Source: Takakia lepidozioides (lineage: Eukaryota > Plantae > Bryophyta). Taken from it: 64,000 nt of DNA. Location of the stretch: assembly GCA_030704615.1 (NCBI GenBank), contig CM060733.1:66216001-66280000 (forward strand), given 5' to 3'. The notes beneath the pieces were generated by a model. That model did no database searches. It saw only the letters and a program-made list of their open reading frames with translations, and was not told the DNA's origin. Positions within the stretch are counted from its first letter, which is position 1. The number at the start of each line of letters is the position of its first letter. Below are positions 1-12,973 of the stretch, in pieces. The position numbers and the translations under genes were made by a program.

Positions 1-521
1 TCTCTAGGAAATTCTCGTTTTGTCTGTTTCTATCTGACCTGGACACACACCCACACACTCTTATGTGCCACATGTGTGACAAGGTAATCACCTGACAGTG
101 TCGGGGACAGGATACCAGCTGTTGTATCCACACTGTAAATCCCCAGCTCCTGTAATGGTACTGTCGTCAGCTGAGCAGTGCCATGGAATCTTGAGCTGAG
201 TTCCATAATTGGATGTGCTTAAACCCCACTTCCAGGGGAGGGTAGTGTTCTTTGAGAAGCACAGCCTGAGGGGTATGTCACAGCCCATCAATCCGTATAT
301 ACGATGCATGCAGTTTCACTGCCAAATCCCTCCAAACCAAATGAAGACAGGTTATGGCTATTAGGCTGGCAAACAGTGAGAAAAACACTGATGTTCTCAA
401 AGGGAGGTGACTAGAAAATAGCTTATTCCAGCATTTGGGCAGGCGGTCTAATGATTGCATTTTTCAGTGCTATACATTTGGGTGGAAGTAAATGGATTCT
501 ATGTTTCATCGGTGGGTCCAG

Positions 522-2056
522 ACAGCGGGCCATGCTAAAGTACAGACTGCCATTGCGTGAAGTTGTGATTGATTTTTACAATGAGTTAAAGAGCATTACT
601 TCAGGATATGCCTCATTTGACTACGAAGAAGCAGAGTGAGTTACCTGCTTTTCTCTCTCCTAATGTATGAGGAATTACCTTAAATAAGGGTCTGCATGTC
701 GAATAGATGTTGCATTTGCCTGCATTAAATGTTGCCTTTTCTTAAGTTTTTGTACATTTTTCATATCTCCAATTGGTCAAAAAATCCCCAATCCATTTAT
801 GATTGATATAGCTTTGATTTGTTTTTCTTGCCATCCGTTGAATTATATAATTATATCCCGGATTGGTATGCTAGGGTGTGCACTTCAAGGTGCTTAGGGG
901 AAATTTGTTGCAGGGTAAATGTGCACAACCTTTGAACGATACTAGACTTTCAGTGCTGCTACTCTCAGCACTGATGTTTGTTCCCTGCATGGGGTCTTTT
1001 AATGAAAATTCCCCTGCAGATAAACTGCAGTGCCTGTAAATTCTCACCATGGGCTGAAACTATTTAATCATTAACATCATGGTTGTTCATATGCATATTG
1101 TGTTGCTAGAAGCCCCTTGGCCCCTTGAACATATATCTTCATTTGTTTTTGTAGGTTCTCGCAAAAGGAAAAAATAAAAGACGTTGCCTGAAAGTAGAAG
1201 TTGTGATGCTTGCAGATACCAGTCAGCAGATTTGGTAAAGCTTGATATTCTATTGAATGGGCAAGCTGTGGATGCACTGGCCTCAATTGTACACCGCTCC
1301 AAAGCACAACGTGCTGGCCGTGAACTTTGTGACAAATTGAAGAAAATTTTGGATAGGTACAACCTGGACATAAGTAGCATTGCAGATGCTAGAATCTTGG
1401 TCATTTGCTTATGGCCGTTTTTGAGATCTTTGAACACAGTTGAAAAATGTTATGAGCAGGTTCAATTAGGTTCAATGAGCAGGTTCAGGGGAACCACTTT
1501 GAAATTGTGGGTGAGAGTTGTGCATGGGCATACAGGCAAATGTTTGAAGTGGTGATCCAGGCAGCCCTTGGTACTAAAGTAGTTGCTCGTGAGACGTAAG
1601 TGGCCAACACCTTTTCATTTTATTGCATCTTGCATGTTTTTGTAGGGCAGGTCCACATATAGTTTTCTAAACATTTCCCTGTATTGCCAAAAGCTGGGAC
1701 ATCTCTCTGGTCTGGGCTGTAGTTAGAGTTTCGTCTTGGTAATGTGTATGTTGTTGGCTGTTATGGAAGTCCGATACTGCTACCAGCCAACCAGGAGGTT
1801 CGACGGGGTCTTGCCTGATAATTGTAAAGCAACGCACTTCCAAGTACATTTGTAAGAGTGAAATTACCATCTCTGGGGTTGATGGGGCAGGCTGTCAGCG
1901 ATGAGGAAGAATGTACTGGCCAAGTGCTATGGGGGGGATGTGAGCCGCAAGAGAAAGCTATTGGAGAAGCAAAAGGAGGGCAAGAAACGGATGAAGCGTG
2001 TTGGGTCGGTGGATATTCCACAAGAGGCCTTCCATTCACTCCTCAAGACCCCTTAA
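522..2056 (+). CDS. GUF1: Translation factor GUF1/LepA (EF-4), mitochondrial type; last four exons (522-635, 1216-1356, 1536-1595, 1891-2056), 5' part outside the window
   Basis: Spliced at GT-AG with consistent phases the exons give [64 protein letters not shown]...[68 protein letters not shown]...TP*, the LepA C-terminal signature. First acceptor could be 521 or 525. Confidence 0.95.
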
Positions 2057-3244
2057 GGGGTGAATGTACTCTGTCATGCCCACGAGGCCAAGATTCGATA
2101 CACAACACAGTGCACATTACCATGCCAGAATCAGTCTGAGCACTTCTTTGAGGAGCTGTATCGCTTTCTAAATAAAGATAGATTCACCTTATGAGACCTC
2201 TTGTTCCTCAAGTGTCCACTATATGAGAATTACTGGCGAAGCTGTTCTGTGCCCTTTGCAAGCATCACAAGGGTCATCGGACAACTGTTGACCACATGTC
2301 ATTAGTGTTGTCTGTGTATTATCTCTTGGGGGGCTGCCTTCTTATGAGCAAACCTGTTTTTCAGTCTTGGTTCGCCAATTCATATATTGGTCAGTGGAAT
2401 TCACTCCTTGTTGAAATCGAAGCAATTGCACGAAACCAGCCTCTCTATTCACGTTATTTGGCAATACCACCAGGTATCTCCAGATGATAAGACTGGGAGA
2501 ATGTGGACTTTGAGGATTTGAGTGAACCACTGATATGGCCGAACCGGTCTCTTTGGAATGAGCAGTTGAGTTTAATGAGGAAGACATTGTGTCGTTGAGA
2601 ACTAGCGCAAGGCAAATTGCAGATGGGGGCAGTGAAGGGGAAGACTGTTCTGATTTGGACAACATCTTTTGCTGAATCCAAGTCTCCATTAAGCTTGCCA
2701 CTCATAGACCAGAGATTTTCTAAGGACTCGTAATGTTCAGTTGGGCACAACCAAATTACTACAGGGATGTTTTTGCCAAAGGGTGAGACAATTAATTGAA
2801 CGTTTAATGTCCAGGAATGTGGTCCATACTGTCACACCAACAAAACTGTTCTTAACAGCCGATATTGTTTCAGAGTTGTGAGGACACCATCGTGTGTCAT
2901 GTTGGTAGATAGAGGGAAATATGTTCATGGCATTTCTTCCCATCCAGCATGCTTTTACACAACAAAGGTCAATGCAATGGTGGGTTTAAGGTGTAGGACC
3001 AGAGGCCCCTATTCAGGCTTGCTTTGCTTCATTGGGTGTTGAATGCCCCAACGCGAATTTTGTTAAACTTATGAGTACGTCTTGCAAGTGATTGTTGGGC
3101 CAGGTCTGGAGGCACCAGTGAAGGCCAGCCTGCTTTGAGTGCCCCCAGGGAGCCCCCCCCCCCCCCCCTCCCTTTCTATCTTCAATATTTCCCCTTCCGC
3201 GCAATCATTCCTTCACAGGACTCATCCTCACCCAAGGACATTGC

Positions 3245-3620
3245 AGTGACATCATGCACGACCCGACGTGACCTTGGATCTTTGTGTAGCACAACCTTCC
3301 AATGCTCGGAGCATTCTGCTCATCTAGAACACCTGCTCAACTTGCCAAGGAAATGTGAAGGGTTGCTCAGATTGTGGTACCATGCGACTAAAGTCCACAA
3401 GCAAGAACCCGTACTCGTCCCTCTTCATGGTTGGATTGCGCCTGTCATTGTCGCTCTTACTCATTCGCATAGAAACAACACTGGAGTCAGTGGACCATAC
3501 GATACCTGTAAAATCTCCCTCACAACACCAACATATACATTGGTCATGACACGGTTCCCATCAGCACTGTTGGAGGCCACGTCTTGGGCAAAGATTTGTG
3601 CAAATATGACATGAGAAGGA
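3245..3620 (-). pseudogene. CACTA (En/Spm) TnpD C-terminal DUF4216-like remnant
   Basis: Minus strand reads GVVREILQVSYGPLTPVLFLCE...MKRDEYGFLLVDFSRMVPQSEQPFTFPWQVEQVF...WKVVLHKDPRSRRVV (stops, frameshifts), clearly homologous to 29131-29691. Confidence 0.8.
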
Positions 3621-3665
3621 ACCCCACCTCATGCCATCACTCTGTAATGGTTTCCATATGCCCAC

Positions 3666-4080
3666 GGGGATTGAAAATCCATGAGCGGTGAGCGGTGAGC
3701 GCATGAGCATGAGCGGAGTTTTCCGAACCTACACCGAACCAAAATGAAAACCCAAAACGGAGCTCCCCGAAGTTCCCGCGTGTGGAGGTCGGTATACATA
3801 AACGCGATAATTTGAAGCTTGGTAAGAGGAAATGGAAATAGGGGGTATTTCTCCTACAACCGTGCCCGAATTTCGAGTGTTATAGTCGCCACAGACTATA
3901 ACACACCATGCGGAATTGGGGGGAAGAACGTCTTCGAATTGGTTCCATTACAATGTGGTGAAAGCAAGTTGGTTATTATTATAGTCGGCACCGACTATGT
4001 GATCCACATTTACAAAATTGCGAACTATGTAGATGAGCGAAGGTTCTGTGTAGTCCGCACCGACTTCATGTAGTTAAGGT
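3666..4080 (+). mobile_element. Terminus of a third MULE-family element (TIR-like end plus subterminal palindromes)
   Basis: GGGGATTGAAAATCCATGAGC followed by (GGT/CAT)GAGC repeats has the same layout as the ends at 42325 and 57136. Palindrome ATAGTCGGCACCGACTAT at 3981-3998, degenerate copies at 3882 and 4050. Confidence 0.6.
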
Positions 4081-4339
4081 AAATGTAGCAAGTGAGCGGG
4101 TTGTATGTTTGAAACTCCATGTTACTTTGCCATGGCTGCAGCTTTTGAACTCAAAAAGCATGCAAACGAGGTGTGTGGGTTGCCCTGATTACTACATCAA
4201 CCGAACGCACTTCGAGTGGGAAGAGATGTGCATGAGGAGGGTACGATGCCACTCATTACCGTTGCAGATTCCACCATGATATTCGATGCGTCAACTCAGG
4301 CTTTTACATTCATTTATCCATGTCTTGAACCCAACGGAC

Positions 4340-7250
4340 GTAGTCCGTTTCCCATCCAGGGTGGATGAAAAAAAAAATCTTACTTCATAATCATCCATAG
4401 GTATCTTGGTCCCGTTGGATAGAGTCCGTTTTCCCATCTAGGGTGGATGAAAAATGACGGGCACTCCACAATCACAGTATAATCCGGATGACATCCGGGT
4501 AGGTTAGGATGAAAACATCATAGGTATTAATGGAAAAACAGAGTTTTACCAGGAGAGAAGGATGGGTTCTAGATGAAAGTCATCCAAATTTCCTACAACC
4601 CAGATTTTAATTTTTCAAAGATGGAAGTTGGGACAACAATTCCATGAACCCAGTTTTCAGAGGGAGAGAGAGGGAGAGAGAGGGCCAAGGAAATAAAAAA
4701 AGGTGGGGGGGGGGGAGGTGACTACCCCTCTCTGGTTTTTTTCTTTTGTGAGTAGCACAAAAGAGAGGGAAGATATTCATGTCATGTCAAGACATGGACA
4801 AGACCCTACTAGGGTCATTGTCAATTAAAGACATAAACAGCCCAAAACAGGGCACCATCTAACATTTCCATTCTTGTTATAGCTTCCCATGAATTGACAT
4901 CACCCAATCATTCTGATAAAATAGGGTGGGAGGGTGGGGTTTGTTCATGTACAGGTCATGACAGCAAGACAAGCATATAAGCAAGCATCTTGTGTTCTGA
5001 AAAAACAGATTGCTGCAGCCTGTCATACATTTTCTTGGCATCACAATTACAACAAGACATGCATAAAGCAAAACATCTTGGGTATGTGAAACCAGCCTGC
5101 AATATTACAGATTCAAGACATGCCCTTCAAGCAAACATCTTGGGTATGACAAAATAATTAGCAACAGCCTACCTTATCATGCATCAAGCAAGGCATAAGG
5201 ACCAGCCTGCAATTTTTCAAAATCAAAACATACCTCCAAGCAAACCACTTCGGCATGATAGACCAGATTCCATACCATTTGTAATCACCCCGAGACATGT
5301 AATCATGCAAGGTATCAAGGGAATGTGAACTCAGCCTGTCATATTGCAAATTCAAGACATGTACACTACATCCAGACCCTACTTGTCTTTTGATCCTTGA
5401 CAGCAGGGCCTATGGATTAATGAGATAGGTTATGAATTTTTGGCCTTGGAGGATCTGTGTTTTATGGGTATGGCCTTGGCGGGTTTGTGACTCTATGGAC
5501 GTGGCCGCCTTGAATGTTATGGCGGCAGCCTGATAAGGCAACGATCTACTCCTTTTCAAGCCTGGATTTGGTGTTTAATAGATCATAGTGAGGTGTTTTT
5601 GCAAACTTTAGCATGGACCTCTTGTAAGACGAGGGTGGTAAGTTGTAATGGAATCCTGCCTGTATTTTCGGCCTTGTCATGACATCAGGTCCATGACCTG
5701 CAATCTGAGGTTTTTATTTGCTAAGATCTCGGTTGTTCAAGGAGACAGGCCTGACAGGCCGAACAGTCCCACCAGCGGCAGAACAACATAAGCCAAAACA
5801 AAGGCTGTAGCATGCCAAACCAGAAGCAGTCGGGTTGAATTCGGGGCTGCAGGTAGCATCCACTTCAAGATGCCACAACTTACAGGGCCCCTCTGCCCAT
5901 ATCCACATCTGTATGCTCAAGAAAATTCAAAGCAAGTGAGGATCCTCACCTGGTCCCATCACAAGCCCCCACAAAATCAATAGATTAGTGAGGGATTGTG
6001 GAACCCCGGGTGAATCACACACCCTCACACTTGTCATCGATGTCAACTAAGAACTTCAAAAGCAAGAGACGAAGATAAGCACAGAAGGAACCCTAAACTC
6101 CAAAAGCACCTTGAGCGATTGGGAAAGAGATGTATGCGCCATCACCACCCGTAGCAAGCCGCCTCCAACAAAGCACATAAGCAATGAAGCAAAACAAGCA
6201 AGCTTGCAAGGCAACAAAATGGAGGGAGAGAGACTTCCCAACACAAGTGCCACTGCAAAATTTAAAGGCCAGAGGAGGGAAGAAGACATTGCATTCACAG
6301 CAGCACATCCGCCATATCGCTCTCCCCGCGAGCTCAGAAGCACAGCTCATGCTTCTGACAGCGGGAGAGACAACATAGGGCTTCTGCCCGATTTTTCATC
6401 CGTGAAGGATGAAAAATATACAAAACATCCGTCAAACCCGACGGATTCCATCCGTAGCCAGGTTAAAAAACAGGTTTTAGGGTAGGGGTTAGGGTTTCAC
6501 AGCGTAATTAATCATAATTAGGGGTAGTTAAGATCAATTCAAGGCCATAAACAGCTGTACATGTCATCCGGTCCAGATGACAGTAAAAAATAATCCATGA
6601 GCTCATCCATAAATAAATCATCCATCAGGATGAAAAACAGGAAATGACATCCATGGCAACGGCTTACCTCCACATAGGTAGTTCATCACCCCTCAGTTCT
6701 TCACCCGGTATGGATGCAAAGATTCAATAAAAGAGGAATGAAAAATTAATATCCTGGCAGTTTTTCATCCGGTATGGATGGAAAACAGGATGATGGCGGC
6801 AACCCTCATAGAGATAATTTTTCATTCTTTGGTAACTCATCCGGTATGGATAAAAGTCAATAAAAGAAGAATGAAAAAATCCAAAATTCATCCTAGAGGT
6901 AATTCAGTGTCCACCCTGGTGGCTCATCCAGTATGGATGAAAAACTGCTAGAGGATGGATGAAAAATTGTCCAATCTTCATCCGATATGGATGAAAAAAC
7001 AAGAAATCAATACTGATAAAATCGGCCAGTTCCCAGGAGAGAGGAAGACAGAGGGAGAGAGGGAAGATATTCATGTCATGTCAAGACATGGACAAGACCC
7101 ACTAGGGTCATTGTCAATTAAAAACATAAACAGCCCATGACATGACACTATCTAACACTTCCAATCTTGTCATAGTATACCAAGTGACGACACCCATTCA
7201 GTCATGATAAAACAAGGTGGGAGGGCGGGGTTTATTCATGTTCAGATTCC
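4340..7250. repeat. Non-coding repeat region with TTTTCATCC-N5-GGATGAAAA palindrome clusters and a ~190-bp direct repeat (4762-4960 / 7057-7250)
   Basis: Palindromes near 4350, 4430, 6391, 6701, 6765, 6837, 6924, 6978. GAGAGGGAAGATATTCATGTCATGTCAAGACATGGACAAGACCC... occurs twice. 4621-4684 recurs at ~50203-50265. Confidence 0.7.
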
Positions 7251-7420
7251 TGACATGTACCCAAGTGACCCTCTTGCACAATATAAGTCAAATTGCAACC
7301 TCAGATTATATCATCCATAATTATCCACAAGATATGCATCATGCAAAATATCATGGGCATATAAGAACTACTTGCCACATTACAGATCCAAGATATGTAT
7401 ACACAGGTACCTTGAAGTGA

Positions 7421-7930
7421 CCCAAGACATGCACCATGCAAGGTTCCATGGGTAGGTAAGAACAGTCTGCCCTACTACAGATTCAGGGTATGTACATACA
7501 AGCACCTTGAAGGACCAGCCTGCAATTTACAAGATTTCAAACATGCAACCAAGTAATCTTCTTGGGCATGACAAAACATATTGCAACTTCGCTCTTTGCC
7601 ATCTGTAAGTACCCCAAGACATGCATCATGCAAGGCTCTTTGGGTAGGTAAGAACAGCTTGTCTTACTACAGATCCAGGATATGTTCATACAAGTACCTT
7701 GAAGGACCAGCCTACAATTAATTACATTTCAGGCATGCACCCAAGTACACTTCTTGGGCATGACAAAACATATTGCAGCTTCACACTTAGCCATTTGTAA
7801 GTACCCCAAGATATGCATCATGCAAGGCCTCTTGGGTAGGTAAGAACAGCCTGCCATTGTACAGATTCAAGACATGTGTACATAAGCATCTTGATGGACC
7901 AACCTGCAGTTTATCAGACTCCAAACATGC
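7421..7930 (+). repeat. ~191-bp tandem repeat, about 2.7 copies
   Basis: CCCAAGA(C/T)ATGCA(C/T)CATGCAAGG...GGGTAGGTAAGAACAG...GGACCA(G/A)CCT starts near 7421, 7612 and 7803; related degenerate units at 4980-5360. Confidence 0.8.
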
Positions 7931-8449
7931 AACTGCTGCTGCACCCCCACACTTTTTTTCTTTTTTTTTTTCCCCTCATCACTCCCTCTTTCTCCCTCTC
8001 TCTCTCTCTCTCCACATCTTGATGGGACAGCGAGACACGTGTGCTATGGCAGATTTCACACGTGGTGACTACATGACTCGCTCATATGACTACAGGGATG
8101 TCTACATGGAGAGTTGTTAGCGGGACACCTGTTTGATGCCCTTGAGATGTGACATGTGGCACACAGACAAATAGGTATGACTACATATATGACTACGGAT
8201 CTTTACACGTGGTGAAAATATGGATAAAGAATGTCGTGCATAGTACTGGCCTCTTCCACGTGTTCTGGTTTGACAGCAAGAGTGATGCCACGTGTCATCA
8301 AGATTGTTTTCCTAAATAGGTTATATATTTTAATTTTTAGTTTTCTTTAATCTTTAAAAGAAAAGGGAGCTTGCAATCCTTGGATTTTTTTTTTAATGGT
8401 ATTATTTTTATATTATTATTTAAAATGAAAGTGAATTATGAGTTAAAAT

Positions 8450-10400
8450 CTTTCATTACATGGTGTAATTCCAACATGAAAACAGACTGGATCCCTCCTG
8501 CATACTATCAACCACAAGGAGAATGAAATAGTCAACTACAGGGCATACAAAAGTCCCGATAAATCACATTAACAAAAAATCCAAATGAGACCAATATCCC
8601 AATGGACCCTCAAAAGCCACAAGGTCAAAAATCCATGCCTAAAAAAGAGCCCAGCCAAAACAAGCAAGCCCACACATGGCTGAATTGTTGTGCTAGTATG
8701 GTTCTAGTGCTATTAGAATCAAGAACTTTGTTACACTGCAATACTGACTATCCCTTCCGCAGCTCCATAAGTTCATCAGTAACTTTAGACTCCAAAGTGT
8801 TTTTCTGCCAAACCCTGCCCCAACTCGGTCTGTTTCCTAACACCACCAGTCACATATGGTAGAGGGGTGTTACTGACACATGCCTCTTTGATGTCAACAC
8901 ACAAGGCCTAATCAAGGGGCACAACATTTGTACCCGTAACCCACCACACAGCACCTTGAAGAGCAACAATCAGCCCTACTCCCATCTCCACATTTCTGGC
9001 ATTTGGAGTTCACATCCAACAGCCAAACCTCGTCACCCCCACCCTGAACTGTTATCCCAACTTCCACACAAAAACTAACCACGTGTGAACACCCCATGAC
9101 ATACACACGACTAGCCCTCAAACATTTCGAGTTAAAGAAGCCCCAAGGTTGGAAAAATATAACAGACAAGACAAACGGCCCTGGACTTACTCCATTTGCA
9201 GTCTCCCAGTGGTGGTGAACCTCTTTTGGGGGGCTACTCACCACAGGGTCGACACTCCTGCCCCTTGTCTGTCCGGCTTGTCCGACAATATCAACCTTTG
9301 TTTGTCACAAGTTCCTGTGTCACAGACCAGAATCACCAGGAAAACAATGAGCCAACAGGAATAGTGAATAGAAACAAAATCCAAGTATGAATCAAACAAA
9401 AAAGCCAACATGAAAAGTTGCAAAAATAACCTAACATTAATCAAGCAACTGAGGGGAAGCATCTTGGAACATGCAATGAATGAACCCCACAAAATGTAGC
9501 CGCCTGGAGCACTGTCAAATGTTTGTACCTTCACAGTAGCATGTTGTATGGTGTTGTCTGAAAAACAGGCTGAGAACTCCCAAAAACTGGGAATATTGGC
9601 AGCTTTTCGATGCCTTCCACAAGAAAGGCCACACACCTCTGTTAGATACTCATCAGTTGGTGAATCTGGTTGCACCTTCCATGGCTCTGGAAAAATCCCA
9701 CTGAAGGGAGATTGGTGCCGCCTTTCTTGGTGTGTTTGCAACAAGAACATGTCCTCATAAGTCCATTCTGGCCAGTCTGCCCCACACGTAGACAAGTTCT
9801 TGAAATATAATGGCTTTGAATGGAAATCAGACCCCTTACGGCATGGGAGTGACTGGATCCTCGTCACAGTGAAGGGCATCCCACTGAAAACCAGGTTAGG
9901 TGGGCTGCAAAAATATAGTCCCTCCATTGGGAAGAAGTTGCAGCTTGCCTGCAACAGAACCACACACACCGCCACCCAAAGTGTTTCAAAACACTTTTTG
10001 CAAAAAGTCTAACAACACCAGCGTGGTCTCAAACTACATCTTTTGCCACACATCTCCCACAAAACCTATTGGGAAGGGATGCAGGCCCTTAGCAGAATGA
10101 AAAAGATTCACATAACAAAACAGGCCAGTTATTCCCGAATTAGTAAAATGATTCCTGTTGGTCCAGGAAGTAACTGACATTTGGCTTCAAAGGTGAGCAG
10201 GAAAATAAAGCAACCTGCTTGTTTGTTTTGTCCCCGTCTGCATCTTCCTCACCCATCTAAACTCCCACATATCCTACATACCAGAATCCGGTGTGCCGGC
10301 GGCTCTGTCACCATTGCCCCTGGACTGCTAACTGCTACTTTACTGCCTTGTACGTGGCAAGGGCTGATTTCCACGTGTACCTCACAGCTGGCCTTCCCTG
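8450..10400 (-). pseudogene. Possible highly decayed non-LTR (LINE) ORF2 C-terminal remnant
   Basis: Only weak hints: Trp-rich minus-strand fragments and a CxxC (KCQKCG) reminiscent of zf-RVT. No RT motif seen. Confidence 0.25.
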
Positions 10401-10729
10401 TATTCTGCTTGCCAAGCAAAAAAAAAAAAAAATGGGAGCAAGAAAAACTCAATGATTGCCCTATGGGATTGCAGTACACGATGATTCATGCTGGAGCGTG
10501 GTTTGTGTACTCTTTCCGGGGGGCGTATTAGAATGTAGACATTTGCCAGTTGCCACAGTTCCCGTTACATTTCCAGGTCATGGAAGTGTGCCCATAGAAA
10601 GTATTGCACACTTCCCCCTGTCATTTCGCAGGTTGAAACGTATGTAACTGCGGCTGTAAATCGATCGCTTCACCCTCAACCCTCATCACCTGGTCCCCCA
10701 GACCCTACTAGCTCCAGTCTGGGTTGTGT

Positions 10730-12973
10730 TTTCGACCCCCAGCTGATAGCAAAGCATGGAGACACATTGACACCGGCCCACATTTGCGGATTTTGTTGCA
10801 GAGCCACGATCTCTGCGATTTGGATTGGCCTTAGACGGTGTAATCCCTACGGAGCTCAATCCACAAGTTGGAGCACATGGCCCGTTCTCTTGGTCAATTA
10901 CAATCTGCCTCCGTGGTTAATGACCAAAAATGTTCTTTGTCATGTTAGCGCTACTAACTGATTCCTGGTAAGGATTCTGTTTACCTTGGACCACGTAGAT
11001 GTTTACCTGATGCCCCTAGTGAAGAGCTATTGGAACTATGGAGATGGGATTGCAGCTCATGAATGTTTCCCGTCCTCGTGTCAATGCGAATTCACACTGA
11101 GGGCAGTGTTGATGTGGTTCAATCCATACTACCACCCTGCATAGGCTTGCTCTCAGGTCAATTGACTAAGGTTATGCTGGTTGTCCAGCTTGTGACCCGG
11201 GGTGGACTTCACCCAGCAGTTACACACATGTGGAAAAATTTGTTTTCCTAGGCACCGAAGATTTTTGGCCGCAATCATCCCTATAGAAGGTCAAGAATGT
11301 TTTCAATGGCGCTACTGAGCATTGGAACTCCTCCAAAAACGCAGTTGGTAACACAAATCAGGACCTTGCAACAGCTCGCACTGCATGGGTGAAAAACGGA
11401 GGGACGCTAGGTATAGCAGGACAGACCAGCAAAAACTCATGGAGTTTAAGCGAATGTCAATTTTTCTATGTCTTACCTTATTGGGAGGTATTCCTTCACA
11501 TGGCCTTTGAAATTGGCTGTGTACATTTTTGTTTTGCGTTTTCTGTTTAAATTTGTGATGAGTAAATGCTCAATTGCTTATGTGTTCATTTTGTAGGTCT
11601 CCTCATCCGCCACACGTTTGACGCAATGCATTGCGAGAAGAACTTGTCTGAAAATATTATTAAAACTATCTTTGGTGAGAAAGACACATTGAAAGTTCGC
11701 CGTGATTTGGAGTCTACTTGGGAGCGCCCGGAATTGTGGCTACACGTGATCCTGACAGAGCAGATACGTTAATTATGCCTCCTCCTGCCCCTTTAGTCCC
11801 TCACGGAGGCCTGAGTTACAAGTCTTTCTGGAGATTGTGCAGAACTTGAAAGTGCCAACAGCTACGCATCAGCTTTCAAAAGCATGTGGTGAAGAAGAAG
11901 TTGTCAGGCAATGAAATCACATGACTATCATGTTGCTCATGCAGCAAATTTAACCGCTTGCTTCCGTGGGCTCATGCCAAGTGGTCCTCGAGGGCCATTT
12001 TGCAAGTTATGTCGTGTATTTAAGCAGTTGTGTGCAAAATTGGTGAATCTTGTAGAGTATGAGGAATTGAGAACTGAAACGTTCTCACTCTGTGTCTTAT
12101 AGAGAGGAGTTCCCACCATCATTTTTTGATGTGAATGACACATCTGGTTGTTCATCTAGTGTAATGATTGTACTTATGCGGGCCCGTAAGCATCCGTTGG
12201 ATGGACCCCCCCTGGGTCGGGCAATGAAAGATATGAAGGGCTACGTAAGAAACATGGCAAGGGGACCGAGGGGAGCATTGCATGAAGGATACAATTTGAA
12301 GAAGCATTGTGGTGTTTGCAAGCAGAGTAATGTGGCAGGATTTGATGAAGTGTACGAAGGGTTGGGGGATTGCAGATGAGGCAAAATCTGTGGAACGTGA
12401 AGTTGTGGAAAGAAGTTCTAAAGCCCGAAAATTGATGACCTGTGTGATATTGTACATGATTATCATCATTCAGAACCATCCTCGTCTATCAGTCATTGGG
12501 TAAGAAATCTACTTCATTGAACATTCAGATTCCAAGTTTTAGTCATTTATCATTAGTTTTGACATATGGCGGCCTTTTCAAATCTCCCCACACCACTCTG
12601 TCAATCTCTGGCTGAACCCTCGGATTGTGACATGATATATGAAGCAGAGTCCACCCGGATAGAAGCCAACACGCTTGTTTCGTGAGGAGCAAGGGCTGGA
12701 AGGCATGAGCAATCCACGGCAATTCAGTACCCTCCTGATTTGCATCCTTGTCCTCCATTTGCTGTTTGGCTCCCTCAAGTGTACGGGATCATCTCTCAAT
12801 GCAATCAGATGGGCTTGATCCTACAACACGTGAGGAATTACTGGATCTTTCAACGCCTCCATCATTTCTAACTGCCCTGTCATTCAAGAGTATGACAGTG
12901 TAGGGTAACCAGTACAGGGTTACAACAATCCCCCGGCATGAACACAACAAGTATGGTGTCTTTTGATTGTGGG
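10730..12973 (+). pseudogene. CACTA TnpD transposase (Transposase_21/DUF4218 region), 5' of the LTR-element insertion
   Basis: STSWSTWPVLLVNYNLPPWLMTK; DVYLMPLV; RHTFDAMHCEKNLSENIIKTIFGEKDTLKVRRDLE; MKSHDYHV; GNQYRV...SFDCG. Many 1-bp frameshifts. Confidence 0.9.

Noticed and set aside
522-2056. Bacterial or plastid-type lepA
   Set aside because: Intron-containing, and the sequence style ([37 protein letters not shown]) fits the plant mitochondrial GUF1 type.
2300-3130. LINE remnant downstream of GUF1
   Set aside because: Only a weak Cys/His hint; no RT or endonuclease motif.
6474-6498. Interstitial telomere repeat
   Set aside because: Only about three imperfect TTAGGG-like units.
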